Origin: Candidatus Cloacimonadales bacterium
Lineage (GTDB): Bacteria > Cloacimonadota > Cloacimonadia > Cloacimonadales > DAONDQ01
Direction of reading: 5' to 3'
Assembly (NCBI GenBank): GCA_963662275.1
Contig: OY759316.1
Coordinates: 1,856,001 to 1,920,000, forward strand
DNA: 64,000 bases
The notes under the pieces are model-generated. The model saw nothing but the letters and a program-made list of their open reading frames with translations, was not told the origin of the DNA and did not search any database. Of the stretch, positions 1-10,351 are shown piece by piece. A program made the translations under genes and the position numbers. Positions within the stretch are counted from its first letter, which is position 1. Every line of letters begins with the position of its first letter.

Positions 1-3000
1 TTATCTGTTATTTCAGCTTTCACTTCGTATGTGTTTGATGCTGTAAACAGATGTTCAAATGTATTTAAACCAACATTTTGATTAACACCATTAATATACC
101 AGCGATAACTAATAGCACTATCTATATCACTGGCAGCCACACTGAATACTTGTGAATCATTAATATCCACAGTTAGAGTTACCTGTGGAGGATTGAAGCT
201 ATTGATTACAGGCGGATCATTCACACCGTTGATCGTGATAATGAAAGTATCATTACATGTAGCACGTGTCTTAACTGATGATTTTCTTGCCATCTGTGCT
301 TGAAGATAAAGATCATCTGCTGTCACGGTTACACTCGTTGTACCATAATAGTTTAAGAACGGAGTGATTGTCAGAAGATTATTAGTAATCGAAGCAGTTA
401 TCTGATTGTTGTTGTTATCTACCGTATAAATGAGGATATCTCCATCATAATCTGCAAAGTGACTGGAAAGATTAATTACAAGAGGAGTAAAATCTTCATT
501 CTCAGTCAGATCAGGGAAAGGTTGGATTAGGAGTGGAGCTTGATTTGTTGCACTGATCATATCCTGTAATGTCATTGTATTCGAAGCAGTACTTGAATCT
601 CGAACAGTTAGTGATACCGTATATATTCCCCTTGAATATATATGAGTAGGGTTCTGTTCTGTAGAAATCGGAGTGTTATCCCCAAAGTTCCATTCCCATG
701 AAGTAATTGGACATGTACCCGGAATCGAAAGATCATTGAAAGTCACACTGAGCGGTGCTAATCCGGTACTCACATTAGAAGTGAAGTTAGCAGCAGGTGG
801 AACGTTAGGCACAAGTGTCAGAGTACCCATATTTAAATTCGTTTCCAAAGTAGTTATACTTCCTGTTACAGGCTGGAACCCGCTTGCTGTGATCGTGTAA
901 TCATATGTACGATTGGCATATACATTATTTATGTTGAAATCACCGTTTGCAACTGTATTTGTGCTGTAGGATTCATAACCTGTAAGATGAAGAACAGCTC
1001 CCTGGATACCTTCAGTTGGAGTTAAACTGGAAGCTACACGTCCGGACACACTAACTTGCAACATTTGAGTGAGAGAGATATTCAAAGTAATAAGACTCCC
1101 ATCAATAACATCCACTTGTTGTGTGTAATTAACATACCCATGCTTTTCAACGGTTAAGGAATATGTTCCAGCAGGTACATTATTCATATGAAAAACACCG
1201 AAATTGTCTGTATTAGTCTCTTGTAGTCCAGCTCCAAGATTTACTGCGGCGTCTGGAATCGGAAGAGAATTGGAAGTCACAGTGCCAGTAATGTAACCAC
1301 CACCTGAAATGAAATACAAGGAGACGTTTGGAAATTGAGTTATTATATTACCTGTTGGTGGTGCTGATGGGTCTGCATTAATGATATTATTATGATATTC
1401 ACGTGATCGACCTGCTCCACCCACAGATACGAAAAAATTATCAGCTACGTTATAGCTATTCGAATCTAGCGGTCGACTTACCATAATTACAAGATTACCT
1501 CCGGTATAGATAAATGGAGTCGTAAACTGAACTGTAATGATATTCTGCCCGGATGGGTAGTTCACAATTCCATTGAACACAGAAGTCAAAGCAGTGGAAG
1601 GAATCCACCCTGAGGTTAGATTTGTCTGAGTTGTAGTACCAACCCAAATATTGGTTGGCTTATTAAGAAGAGTTGTAGTAACAAAGTTATTATACCAGGA
1701 TAATCCTGTCAGTTGACCAATGGCATTGATTTCGGAAGCCAGGTAAATGGTCTCACTGATGTTATTCTTCCAGTTCATAGCGATGGGAATTGTATTTAAG
1801 CTGGAAACATCATTTCCGATAGTAACTGCATTTGTTCCTGCTGCTATAACGTTGACGTTGAAATGCGAGGTTTCATTATTTAGAGGATTTGAATCTCCTG
1901 CTAAGACTACTATCCCATAAACAAAGGTTGGACCAGTATCTGCTGGAATCCAGTTGAGAATAAAGCTTTGTTCAGCCCCTGCTGCAAGGATTGTTCCGGG
2001 AACAGAAGCAATTTCAATATTTCCAGCTTTCATAAGCTTGACTGAATAACCAGATTCAGGAGTGTCACCCAAGTTCTTCACAACAATAGTATAGGGAGCT
2101 GCAGCTCCAACAACAGGTATATGATTTCCTGCAATTGAGAATGCCAGCATGTCATTCGCAGTTGTCGATCCCCAAATATCTGTCTTACGTTCACTATCTG
2201 TCCAGGAACCTGAAACCATCTCCTGTGATAAATCCTGGTAAAGATTTCCGTATATATCATAAGTATAAATGTTTTTGGTTCCATTATCAAAGGTTGAACC
2301 ATCCCAATAATGGTACTCATATCCGATTAACTTGTTAGAGCCATCATATGTATAGTGCGTATTTGAATCATCAACCCAATTGCTTCCAGACCATTTTCTG
2401 TATATTTCACTATTAACCATTCCAAATGATATAGAATTACCGGTAATCACTGACAATGCGTATTCATGTGCGAGATTATTATTGAAAATGGCACCTGTCA
2501 TTGTATCATTAGGGTGATATGTTCTGGTAACCTGTTCATCATTTGCCCAGTATAATGAATCCGGAGAAGTTTGATTTGTTTCAAGAATGATTCTTCCCTG
2601 GATATCTAAATCGAAAGTTCTCTTCTCATAATAGGGAAATGTAGTGTCATCTCCAGCATTCCAATTGACAGATGAGAAAAAATTATTATTAGAATACATC
2701 AAGCACATTCTTGCTGATTCAGACCAGTTTCCTGTTTGGATATTATTGATCATTAGGGAAAAATTAGATAGATAACCATTATTATTATAGGCAAGATGCT
2801 CCATCAAGAATGGGAATCTCATCACAGAAGGTACAATAAAGTACAGTACCACTGCAATAACATGTTCATGTGTTGCATTATAAGTAAAAACAGCAGAAGA
2901 TGATAATGTCCAGGACGAATTACTTTGATCATAATTAAAGGTTAATAGACTATCTACAGCATTTGGATGTACAGAATTGTAATAATACACTTGTTTAGTG

Positions 3001-3179
3001 TCATTAACCCAAGAATTATTGTCTCGAGTCTCCTGAATTTGTTGGCTTAAATGCCAAATCCGCTCAGAGTTGCGTAATCCCATGGTTTTATGATTGTGAT
3101 TACTGAAAGGATTAACCGTAGTATTTGCCCAAGAGATCATCGGTATTAATAAAAAGAAAAGAATCAAAGTACGATGCAT
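1..3179 (-). CDS. Large secreted multidomain protein (PKD and Ig-like/carboxypeptidase-regulatory-like domains); 3' end runs off the window
   Basis: Not in the ORF track (no stop inside window). ATG at 3179 with AGGAGG RBS upstream; signal-peptide-like N-terminus MHRTLILFFLLIPMISWA; in-frame PKD motif PITSWEWNFGDNTPISTEQNPTHIY near 640-710. Frame spot-checked, not read codon by codon. Confidence 0.75.
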   Translation of the reverse strand, partial: MHRTLILFFLLIPMISWANTTVNPFSNHNHKTMGLRNSERIWHLSQQIQETRDNNSWVNDTKQVYYYNSVHPNAVDSLLTFNYDQSNSSWTLSSSAVFTYNATHEHVIAVVLYFIVPSVMRFPFLMEHLAYNNNGYLSNFSLMINNIQTGNWSESARMCLMYSNNNFFSSVNWNAGDDTTFPYYEKRTFDLDIQGRIILETNQTSPDSLYWANDEQVTRTYHPNDTMTGAIFNNNLAHEYALSVITGNSISFGMVNSEIYRKWSGSNWVDDSNTHYTYDGSNKLIGYEYHYWDGSTFDNGTKNIYTYDIYGNLYQDLSQEMVSGSWTDSERKTDIWGSTTANDMLAFSIAGNHIPVVGAAAPYTIVVKNLGDTPESGYSVKLMKAGNIEIASVPGTILAAGAEQSFILNWIPADTGPTFVYGIVVLAGDSNPLNNETSHFNVNVIAAGTNAVTIGNDVSSLNTIPIAMNWKNNISETIYLASEINAIGQLTGLSWYNNFVTTTLLNKPTNIWVGTTTQTNLTSGWIPSTALTSVFNGIVNYPSGQNIITVQFTTPFIYTGGNLVIMVSRPLDSNSYNVADNFFVSVGGAGRSREYHNNIINADPSAPPTGNIITQFPNVSLYFISGGGYITGTVTSNSLPIPDAAVNLGAGLQETNTDNFGVFHMNNVPAGTYSLTVEKHGYVNYTQQVDVIDGSLITLNISLTQMLQVSVSGRVASSLTPTEGIQGAVLHLTGYESYSTNTVANGDFNINNVYANRTYDYTITASGFQPVTGSITTLETNLNMGTLTLVPNVPPAANFTSNVSTGLAPLSVTFNDLSIPGTCPITSWEWNFGDNTPISTEQNPTHIYSRGIYTVSLTVRDSSTASNTMTLQDMISATNQAPLLIQPFPDLTENEDFTPLVINLSSHFADYDGDILIYTVDNNNNQITASITNNLLTITPFLNYYGTTSVTVTADDLYLQAQMARKSSVKTRATCNDTFIITINGVNDPPVINSFNPPQVTLTVDINDSQVFSVAASDIDSAISYRWYINGVNQNVGLNTFEHLFTASNTYEVKAEITD

Positions 3180-3442
3180 TTCAACCTCCTTTTTAAATAA
3201 AATTATTAATCCGGAAATTGTGAATATGTGTCAAGAAAGTATTATTAAAAGGGAGATTAATTGTAAGATGATGTTCTTTCAAAGTTTTTCTATAGTGGAA
3301 GTAACATCAGATGTACAAACTTGTTTCCGTTATCCTGGAGTGTAATTTCTTTCATTGCACTTCCAGCTAAGTCTGTAGTCTGATTCACTTTTATTATAGC
3401 AATTCCTGCAATGCTTCGTTCGTTTTTTGTTGATATTCCTGT

Positions 3443-3594
3443 TATAAAGAGACACCTATAATTTCAAATAGGGACACTTAAAATTACCGAGATAACGCTT
3501 TGAGTGGTGGAGAGTTATAGCGGATATGTTTTGGACTGTTGCAGATGGACATTTGGACTGTTTTGGCATCATTTAGGACACGAAAACTGCAAAT
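3443..3594 (+). repeat. Left transposon end: terminal inverted repeat and putative transposase-binding sites
   Basis: TATAAAGAGACACCTATAATTTCAAATAGGGACAC (3443-3477); GGACACGAAAACTGCAAAT (3576-3594) is the exact reverse complement of 35447-35465. Confidence 0.8.
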
Positions 3595-4088
3595 TTGGAC
3601 TGGTTATGGACTGGTTTTGGACTTTGACATTTTTACGTAAAAAAGTGCTATTCTGGAAGCTCGCAATTGGTTTGATTTTACACCGATGAGCAGTTTGTCA
3701 GAAGTCTGAAGTCAGTCTAAATTAGGACGCCGAAAGTCCATAGTAAGAGGTTGTGGGATAATATCTTCCATTCTGTAGCCGATAATCGTATTCTTTGACT
3801 CGCTCCCAGTTTAGAGCCTGTTTTGAACTCTGCATTTCATTCTATTTCACCAACTGATTCAATACATATTACTGCGAATTTCTCTGCTTTTATCGCATAT
3901 TTCAATTTATACTTTATAGGATAGAGCCACCATCTTTTTCGGTGTGCAGATTGTTTCCAGAATGAGCGGAAAGCCCTTCCCAACATATTGCATACAAGGT
4001 AGTTAGCACCCTAACTAAAGTATATGTGAGGTGACTATGAACCCTGTAACGAACAGAAAAAACAAGAACAGAGACTGCCTCGAAAAAA

Positions 4089-4531
4089 ATGTCCATGTGC
4101 TGAAGCGGATGGACACACTTGGACACAAATCATGTCCAAGTGCTTCGAAAGTCTCTCTACGTAAGGCTTCGAGCCAAAATGTCCAAGCGCATCCAAGATT
4201 TATGTCCATGTGCTTCGCAAAATGTCCATCCGCTCCCTTGAACTTGGATGTTTTTATCATGGATGATATGACCAAGTTATTCTGGAAGCAAGGCAAAACT
4301 GGAGGTCAGCATGAGTGCTGATAACCTCGAACCCAAGCAGTCAGTCTTTGACAGTGTCGAAATAACCAGTTACCAATCAGACCATTACATCGTAAGAGAC
4401 AGGATTCTATCCAGACAGCAGATTGTAGGATCGACTGAAAAGAAGCTTTTCCCGATAGAATTAGAAGCCACTAAAACAGCCCAAAAGAAGACTAAAATCG
4501 AGTCGAAGCACTTGGACACGGATGGACATTT
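4089..4531. repeat. Cluster of about nine TGTCCA-core repeats (consensus roughly RTGTCCAWGTGCTTCG) in both orientations
   Basis: Forward copies at 4089, 4132, 4179, 4202, 4222; reverse copies at 4102-4116, 4117-4126, 4504-4519, 4519-4531. Confidence 0.7.
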
Positions 4532-6383
4532 TGAAAATGAAGATGTAAAGACTGTTTTTATAGATATGGTACCTTCTGAAAAGCTACCTTATACCCATGA
4601 TAAAGAAGCCAGATTATTCGGAGCTTTCTGCTCGGAAGTGTTAAATCGACTCGAATTATGTGACTCCAGAGTAGATGAGTGGAAACATATAGTGGATGGT
4701 TTCAACTCTGGTGGTTTTATGCCAGAGCTTTTCAAAATCAAGGGTAAACGCTCTGAGCGTTGCTTGAGACTGTGGTTAGAAAACTATACCCAGAGCAACT
4801 TTGATATGTATGCTCTTCTGCATAAACGCAAGAATGAGATCAGAGGTCGCAAGGTGACTATTGCCGAACAGAACTACCTGCTGAACTTATTACTCACACC
4901 TAAGCAGGTCAAGATCGGCTCTGCCATTTCACTTTTGAAACGCATGGATGCCCTGAAGCTGGTGGAATCACCCAGCAGCACCAAAACCCTCAAACGCTGG
5001 ATTATCGACTGGAGAGCCAACCATCCAGCTGAGTGGGCGCAAGCTACCAAGGGCAGTAAGTATGTCGCAGAGCATATAGTGAAGTCTATAATGAGAGATG
5101 CCAATCTGCTATCTGTCGGTAATGTCTGGGTAGCGGATGGACATACTCTGGCATTTGATATCTATAACCCGGTAACCGGGAAGACCCAGCGCATGACCCT
5201 GATTTTGATAATCGACTGGGCAAGCAGATATCCGGTGGGTGCTGCTCTGGCAGTTACCGAAGACAGCCAGCACATTTGCGCTGCGTTTAGAAATGGCTTT
5301 CTGAACTGGGGTGCTTTACTTGAGTATGTGTATCTGGATAATGGCAAAGCCTTCCGCTCCAAGCTGTTTAATGAGAAATGGGAAGACCATGACCTCTCGG
5401 TCGAACTGGGTGGCATCTTCCCCAGACTGGGCATCGGAGTATCCTTCGCACAGAAGTATAATGCCAGAAGTAAAATCATCGAACGCTTCTTCTTAACCAT
5501 GCAGGAGCAGTTCGAACGCTTTATCTCCACCTTTAGGGGTGCCTCAGTCGCAGACAAACCTGCTACTCTGATGCGGAACGAAGTCTGGGCTAAGAAGCTG
5601 TATGAAGGCACCGCACCCACAGTGGAAGAGACGATGCAGATGATTACTTTCTATATCCGGCACATTTATGGCGAGACACCGCACTCGGGAATCGGCAACA
5701 GAAAGCCGTATGAAGTATTCAGTCAGGCTGCTCTGCCGGAAGAGAGAATCATCACTGCCGACAAACTCAACTTCCTGATGCTATCCGCAGAACGCAAGCG
5801 GGTCAGGTCGGAAGGCATCAGACTGAATCACATGCTCTACTGGCACGATGCTCTGGTCGACCATATCGGCAAACCTGTCGTGATTAGATACGACCATGCC
5901 GATGCCAGATGGATACTCATCTTCACACAGCAGGATCAGTTCATCTGCCAGGCAGAACTACGAAGAGCGCAACACCCCTTTATCCACTTAGTCAAAGACG
6001 ACCCTATAGCTCATAAAGAACTTAGCCGGGAATATAACCAAATCAAAAAACTCCAACGCAAGACCGAGCAGAAGACCAAGCAAATCGTCAAACAAACGCA
6101 GGAAGCAGTCGACCGCTTAGTCAAACCCATCCCAGTGCAACTGCTGGAGCCTGATGGCAAGCTCTTCAATAAGACACCCATGATAGCTGCACCTATTGAT
6201 AACTTGGATATAGTAGCCTCGCATGTCTATGAGCAGATCGTGCCGAGAGTGGAAGAGCCACCCCGGATTATCACCAACCCATTTCCACAATATGTAGATA
6301 ACAGCCTGGATAATGAAGATGATGAACCGGTCTTAAAGCAAAAGACCTTCGCCGAGATGATGAAGATAGTCGGGATTAAATAA
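4311..6383 (+). CDS. Mu/TnsB-family DDE transposase
   Basis: 690 aa; DDE triad motifs WVADGH, YVYLDNGKAF, SKIIERFF; Mu-transposase-like C-terminal segment (GIRLNHMLYW...VVIRYD); GGAGG RBS upstream. Confidence 0.9.
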   Translation: MSADNLEPKQSVFDSVEITSYQSDHYIVRDRILSRQQIVGSTEKKLFPIELEATKTAQKKTKIESKHLDTDGHFENEDVKTVFIDMVPSEKLPYTHDKEARLFGAFCSEVLNRLELCDSRVDEWKHIVDGFNSGGFMPELFKIKGKRSERCLRLWLENYTQSNFDMYALLHKRKNEIRGRKVTIAEQNYLLNLLLTPKQVKIGSAISLLKRMDALKLVESPSSTKTLKRWIIDWRANHPAEWAQATKGSKYVAEHIVKSIMRDANLLSVGNVWVADGHTLAFDIYNPVTGKTQRMTLILIIDWASRYPVGAALAVTEDSQHICAAFRNGFLNWGALLEYVYLDNGKAFRSKLFNEKWEDHDLSVELGGIFPRLGIGVSFAQKYNARSKIIERFFLTMQEQFERFISTFRGASVADKPATLMRNEVWAKKLYEGTAPTVEETMQMITFYIRHIYGETPHSGIGNRKPYEVFSQAALPEERIITADKLNFLMLSAERKRVRSEGIRLNHMLYWHDALVDHIGKPVVIRYDHADARWILIFTQQDQFICQAELRRAQHPFIHLVKDDPIAHKELSREYNQIKKLQRKTEQKTKQIVKQTQEAVDRLVKPIPVQLLEPDGKLFNKTPMIAAPIDNLDIVASHVYEQIVPRVEEPPRIITNPFPQYVDNSLDNEDDEPVLKQKTFAEMMKIVGIK

Positions 6384-6393
6384 GGGAGCAAAC

Positions 6394-7107
6394 ATGTTAC
6401 AAGGAAAATTAGTCAAAACACGCAATGTTCTGGAAGCTGATAACTGCATCCAGTATCTTTTAGAGAGACCCAAGATGGAGATGGTGGGACTGGGACTGAT
6501 CTATGGCAAGCCTGGACTCGGCAAGACCACGTATGCCAGCCGGGTTGCCTTCAGTCGGGGCTATCTGTATCTCAGACTGGAAGCAACCACCACAGCCAAG
6601 TCCTTCGCTGCTGAGCTTCTGCTCGCACTCTATAAACGCTTTAACATGGGAGAGTTCCTGCCCTACGGCACAGCCAACGGACTGTTCAAGAAGTGCCTGG
6701 CTATCCTGGAAGACAATGCTGATACGATTATCGTCATAGATGAGATAGACTATGCCTTCCGGCATCCTCAACTCTTGGGAGCGATTAGGGATATCGTGGA
6801 TGAGACTCTGACTATTGTCCTGCTGGTGGGTATGCAGAATGCCAGAGACCGGCTCCTGCAAATCAATGAGTATTACTTCGATAGATGCAATTACTTCTAT
6901 GAGTTCACTCCTGTGACCCAGAGAGATACCAGACAGCTCTGCAAGGAACTGCTGGAGATACCTTTTGATAACGATGTCTCGGACTTCATCCACTTCCATA
7001 GCAGTGGCAACCTCAGAAAAGCCATGAAGATAATGTATGAGATGGATAACACCATCAAAAAGCATAGCCTGACCAGCATCACTCTCAAGGACATGGAAGC
7101 ACTATGA
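6394..7107 (+). CDS. Transposition AAA+ ATPase (MuB/TnsC/TniB-like)
   Basis: Walker A GKPGLGKT, Walker B IIVIDEID; 10 bp downstream of the transposase. Confidence 0.85.
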   Translation: MLQGKLVKTRNVLEADNCIQYLLERPKMEMVGLGLIYGKPGLGKTTYASRVAFSRGYLYLRLEATTTAKSFAAELLLALYKRFNMGEFLPYGTANGLFKKCLAILEDNADTIIVIDEIDYAFRHPQLLGAIRDIVDETLTIVLLVGMQNARDRLLQINEYYFDRCNYFYEFTPVTQRDTRQLCKELLEIPFDNDVSDFIHFHSSGNLRKAMKIMYEMDNTIKKHSLTSITLKDMEAL

Positions 7108-7673
7108 CCGAGACTGAACTGCTCACCAACTTTGTAAACCAGTACAGCAAACCCTTCACAGTGGATACGGCAGCCATGCTGACCGGGATAGCCAAAGATT
7201 CGGTCGCTCCCATCCTGAAAGAACTGGAAAAGCAGAAGCGGATTAATCGCATCTATGAGAAGCCAGAGGTGATTTATGTGCGTAATAACCGCTATAATAC
7301 CAGCCTGTGTGCCACCAATGACAAATGGAACCTTAACCTGTCGCAGGCGAATGAACTGCTCAACCTGCTGGAAAAGGGCAGATATACATCTCTGCGGGAT
7401 ATCGCAACAGAGATCGGCAGAAGCAGACAGTGGGTCTATATCTATCTGGAAGCTCTGGCATCCATCGAGTGCATTGACCTGCGTGGTTATGTGTATGTAG
7501 TCATCTCCCGCAAGAACCTGCCTAAACTCGGCACTAAGGTTACCAAGGGCATCTTGGGTGACTTGAGAAGTCTGAACCGGCTCGGTGGCTACCGGGACTT
7601 AAGAGAAAAACCTAAGAAAACAGATAAACAGAAACGCTCAGACTCAAAGCGAACCTATTTTATGATATTCTAA
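7104..7673 (+). CDS. Putative DNA-binding protein with two HTH-like segments
   Basis: ATGA overlap with the ATPase; HTH-like segments FTVDTAAMLTGIAKDSVAPILKELEK and TSLRDIATEIGRSRQWVYIYLEAL; basic C-terminal tail. Confidence 0.6.
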   Translation: MTETELLTNFVNQYSKPFTVDTAAMLTGIAKDSVAPILKELEKQKRINRIYEKPEVIYVRNNRYNTSLCATNDKWNLNLSQANELLNLLEKGRYTSLRDIATEIGRSRQWVYIYLEALASIECIDLRGYVYVVISRKNLPKLGTKVTKGILGDLRSLNRLGGYRDLREKPKKTDKQKRSDSKRTYFMIF

Positions 7674-7883
7674 ATGATCACGAGTTAAGCCATTTCTCAA
7701 CGTCTCATAAGTTTGAGTATTGCGCTTAATGTACATCTATCTAACTATTCACACAATTCATTACTATTAATCGAATCACACATTGGAAAGCTACTCGAGA
7801 AGTTGAACCGTCGCCATCCTAGCAATTTCTTATTGACTTTTCAATAGTATCAGCAGTATTTATTTCAGGAGATAAGATAAGTC

Positions 7884-10351
7884 ATGGATTCAGAAACAAA
7901 TAAAGAAAAACTCAAAGAAGAATTAGCAAAAAATCTTGAAGAGATAAGCGTTCTCAAAGAAACGAACTCCAGTCTTAAGGCTCAACTCGCAGAGTCAGGT
8001 TCACATTACGATTTAGTTTCTGAGTTACAGCTTGCAATTATGATGAAGAAAACGTCATACCTATAGACAGTGACTATATAATAAAGGATGCATCTCATTT
8101 TTATCAGGTAGATAACCAGTCCTACCCAATAGCGAAAGTCGCTTTATTTCGAAGTCTGTTCAAAGGTCGGGAGGATGTTTTTGCTATTCGTTGGTCTGGT
8201 AAAGATGGCAAATCAGGATATTCTCCTGCTTGTTCTAATGACTGGAAAACTGGAGTATGCGGGAAATTTAACAAAACCTCGTGCTCAAATTGTGACAACA
8301 GAGAATTGATACCCATTACTGATGAAGTAATCTTTCGACATCTCAATGGTGATTTCGTCATAGGTGTATATCCTTTAATGCCAGATGATACATGCTATTT
8401 CCTCGCTTTAGATTTTGATAAGAAAGAGTGGCAAACTGATGTATTAGCTTTTCATGAGACTTGCAATGAAATCGGTATTCCCGCTTATATAGAAAGATCA
8501 CGTTCAGGGAAAGGGGCACATGTTTGGATATTCTTTGAGCAATCCATTCCTGCTCGGATAGCAAGAAACTTGGGATGTGCTTTATTGACGGCAACTTTGG
8601 AGAAACGTCATCAGGTTGGATTGGATTCATATGACCGACTGTTTCCCAATCAGGACACAATGCCAAAGGGCGGGTTTGGGAATCTAATCGCTCTCCCGAT
8701 GCAAAAAGATGCTCGAAAACATAGCAATAGCATCTTTGTTAATGGACATTTACAGCCTTATGAAGACCAGTGGGCATTTCTATCAAAAATGATAAAACTC
8801 TCACTGGATAAGGTTAACCAGTTTATTGCATTGTTGACTAAGGAAAACTCACCCATTGGCAGCCTGAGGATTACTACCGATGAAGATACATTGCCTTGGG
8901 AACAAGTATTCAGAAATGAACCTGTGTTTAGTGATCTTCCATCTCAAGTTAATGTGTTCATTAGCAATATGATATTTATAGAGAAGGAAGGCTTACCTCA
9001 GAAACTAATAATCAGTATTATTCGGCTAGCCGCCTTTCTCAATCCCGATTATTACCGAACTCAGGCTTTGCGCCTCCCCTTATACAACAAACCCAGAATC
9101 ATAAATCTGTCAGTAGAAAGCACAAATCATATCGGTATTCCCCGAGGTTGCTTAGATGAACTGGTGAAGCTATTTGAGCAGTTAGAAATAGAGGCGATAA
9201 TACATGACAACACAAATCATGGTATTTCAAAGGATTTTGAGTTTGAGGGAAAGCTATATGATGAACAGTTAAATGCAGGAAAAGAACTGCTCTGTTACAA
9301 CAACGGCATATTATCCGCGTCGACTGCATTTGGCAAAACGGTGGTAGCTCTATGGTTGGTAGCTCAAAGGAAGACAAGCACATTGGTTATAGTTCATCGC
9401 AGGCAACTGCTCCAGCAATGGAAAGAACGCATTGCAAGTTTCTTGAACATTCCAATCAAAGATATTGGAGAGATAGGAGCAGGCAAAGACAAGCGAACTA
9501 TGAAAATCGATGTTGCTATCATTCAAAGCCTTTATCACGACAAAGAAGTGAAAGAATTTGTAAAAGAATACGGCATGGTTATCGTTGATGAGTGCCATCA
9601 TATCTCTGCATTTTCATTTGAACAGGTTCTCAAAGATGTTAAAGCTAAGTATGTCTATGGGCTTACTGCTACTCCAGTTAGAAAAGATGGTCAGCATCCT
9701 ATAGTCATTATGCAGTGCGGATCTATCAGAGTGAAGATTGATGCACGTAATCAGGCAAATTCCAGAGCTTTCAGTCATTCAGTAATCGTCAGGCATACAA
9801 CATTTCGATTGCCAGATAGTCTGGCTCGTATTGAACCTAAAATTACCGATATCTATCAGGCTTTAGTGGATGATAAAGAGCGAAATGATTTAATCATAGA
9901 TGATATTATAGCAGCGATTGAAGCTGGCAGAAGCCCTTTGATTCTCACTGAACGCATTGCTCATGTGGACTTCTTCATGGAGAAGCTGACAGGTTTTGCG
10001 AAAAACATCATTGTCCTCAAAGGTGGTATGGGCAGAAAGCAACTCAATGCAGTCATGGATAGACTTCACTCAATACCGGAGAATGAGGAAAGAGTGATTA
10101 TCGCCACCGGTAAATACATCGGTGAAGGCTTTGATGATAACAGACTGGATACTCTGTTTCTAACAATGCCAATCTCCTGGAAGGGCACTCTTCAACAATA
10201 TGCAGGCAGACTGAACAGAGTAAATGATTCAAAGACTGAGGTCATCATCTATGATTATGTGGATCGTGAAGTCCCGGTTTTGGCTGCAATGTATGCAAAA
10301 CGAGTCAAAGGCTATGCTTCGATAGGATACAGTATCACTGATAAGCAATGA
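7884..10351 (+). pseudogene. AEP-type primase domain (TOTE-associated type) fused to SF2 DEAD/ResIII-like helicase; apparent -1 frameshift near 8024-8066
   Basis: The frame of the 8306-10351 ORF is open from 8024 with no ATG and encodes conserved-looking LFRSLFKGREDVFA...GYSPAC upstream of 8306; the ORF 7884-8066 has an AGGAG RBS in another frame. AEP motifs LALDFD and RSGKGAHVW; helicase motifs TAFGKT, DECHH, TAT, QYAGR. Confidence 0.7.

Noticed and set aside
3380..3442. tRNA or conserved-gene attachment site at the insertion point
   Set aside because: The joined flanks look like plain intergenic DNA between divergent genes; no tRNA-like sequence seen.
3504..4321. Short ORFs 3504-3689, 3914-4126, 4015-4296 and 4031-4321
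   Set aside because: They overlap each other and the repeat arrays and have no recognisable motifs; probably not genes.
4311..7673. Mu-like prophage
   Set aside because: No terminase, portal, capsid, tail or lysis genes lie between the element ends.
8024..8066. Programmed ribosomal frameshift
   Set aside because: No canonical slippery heptamer is visible; mutation or sequencing error is more parsimonious.
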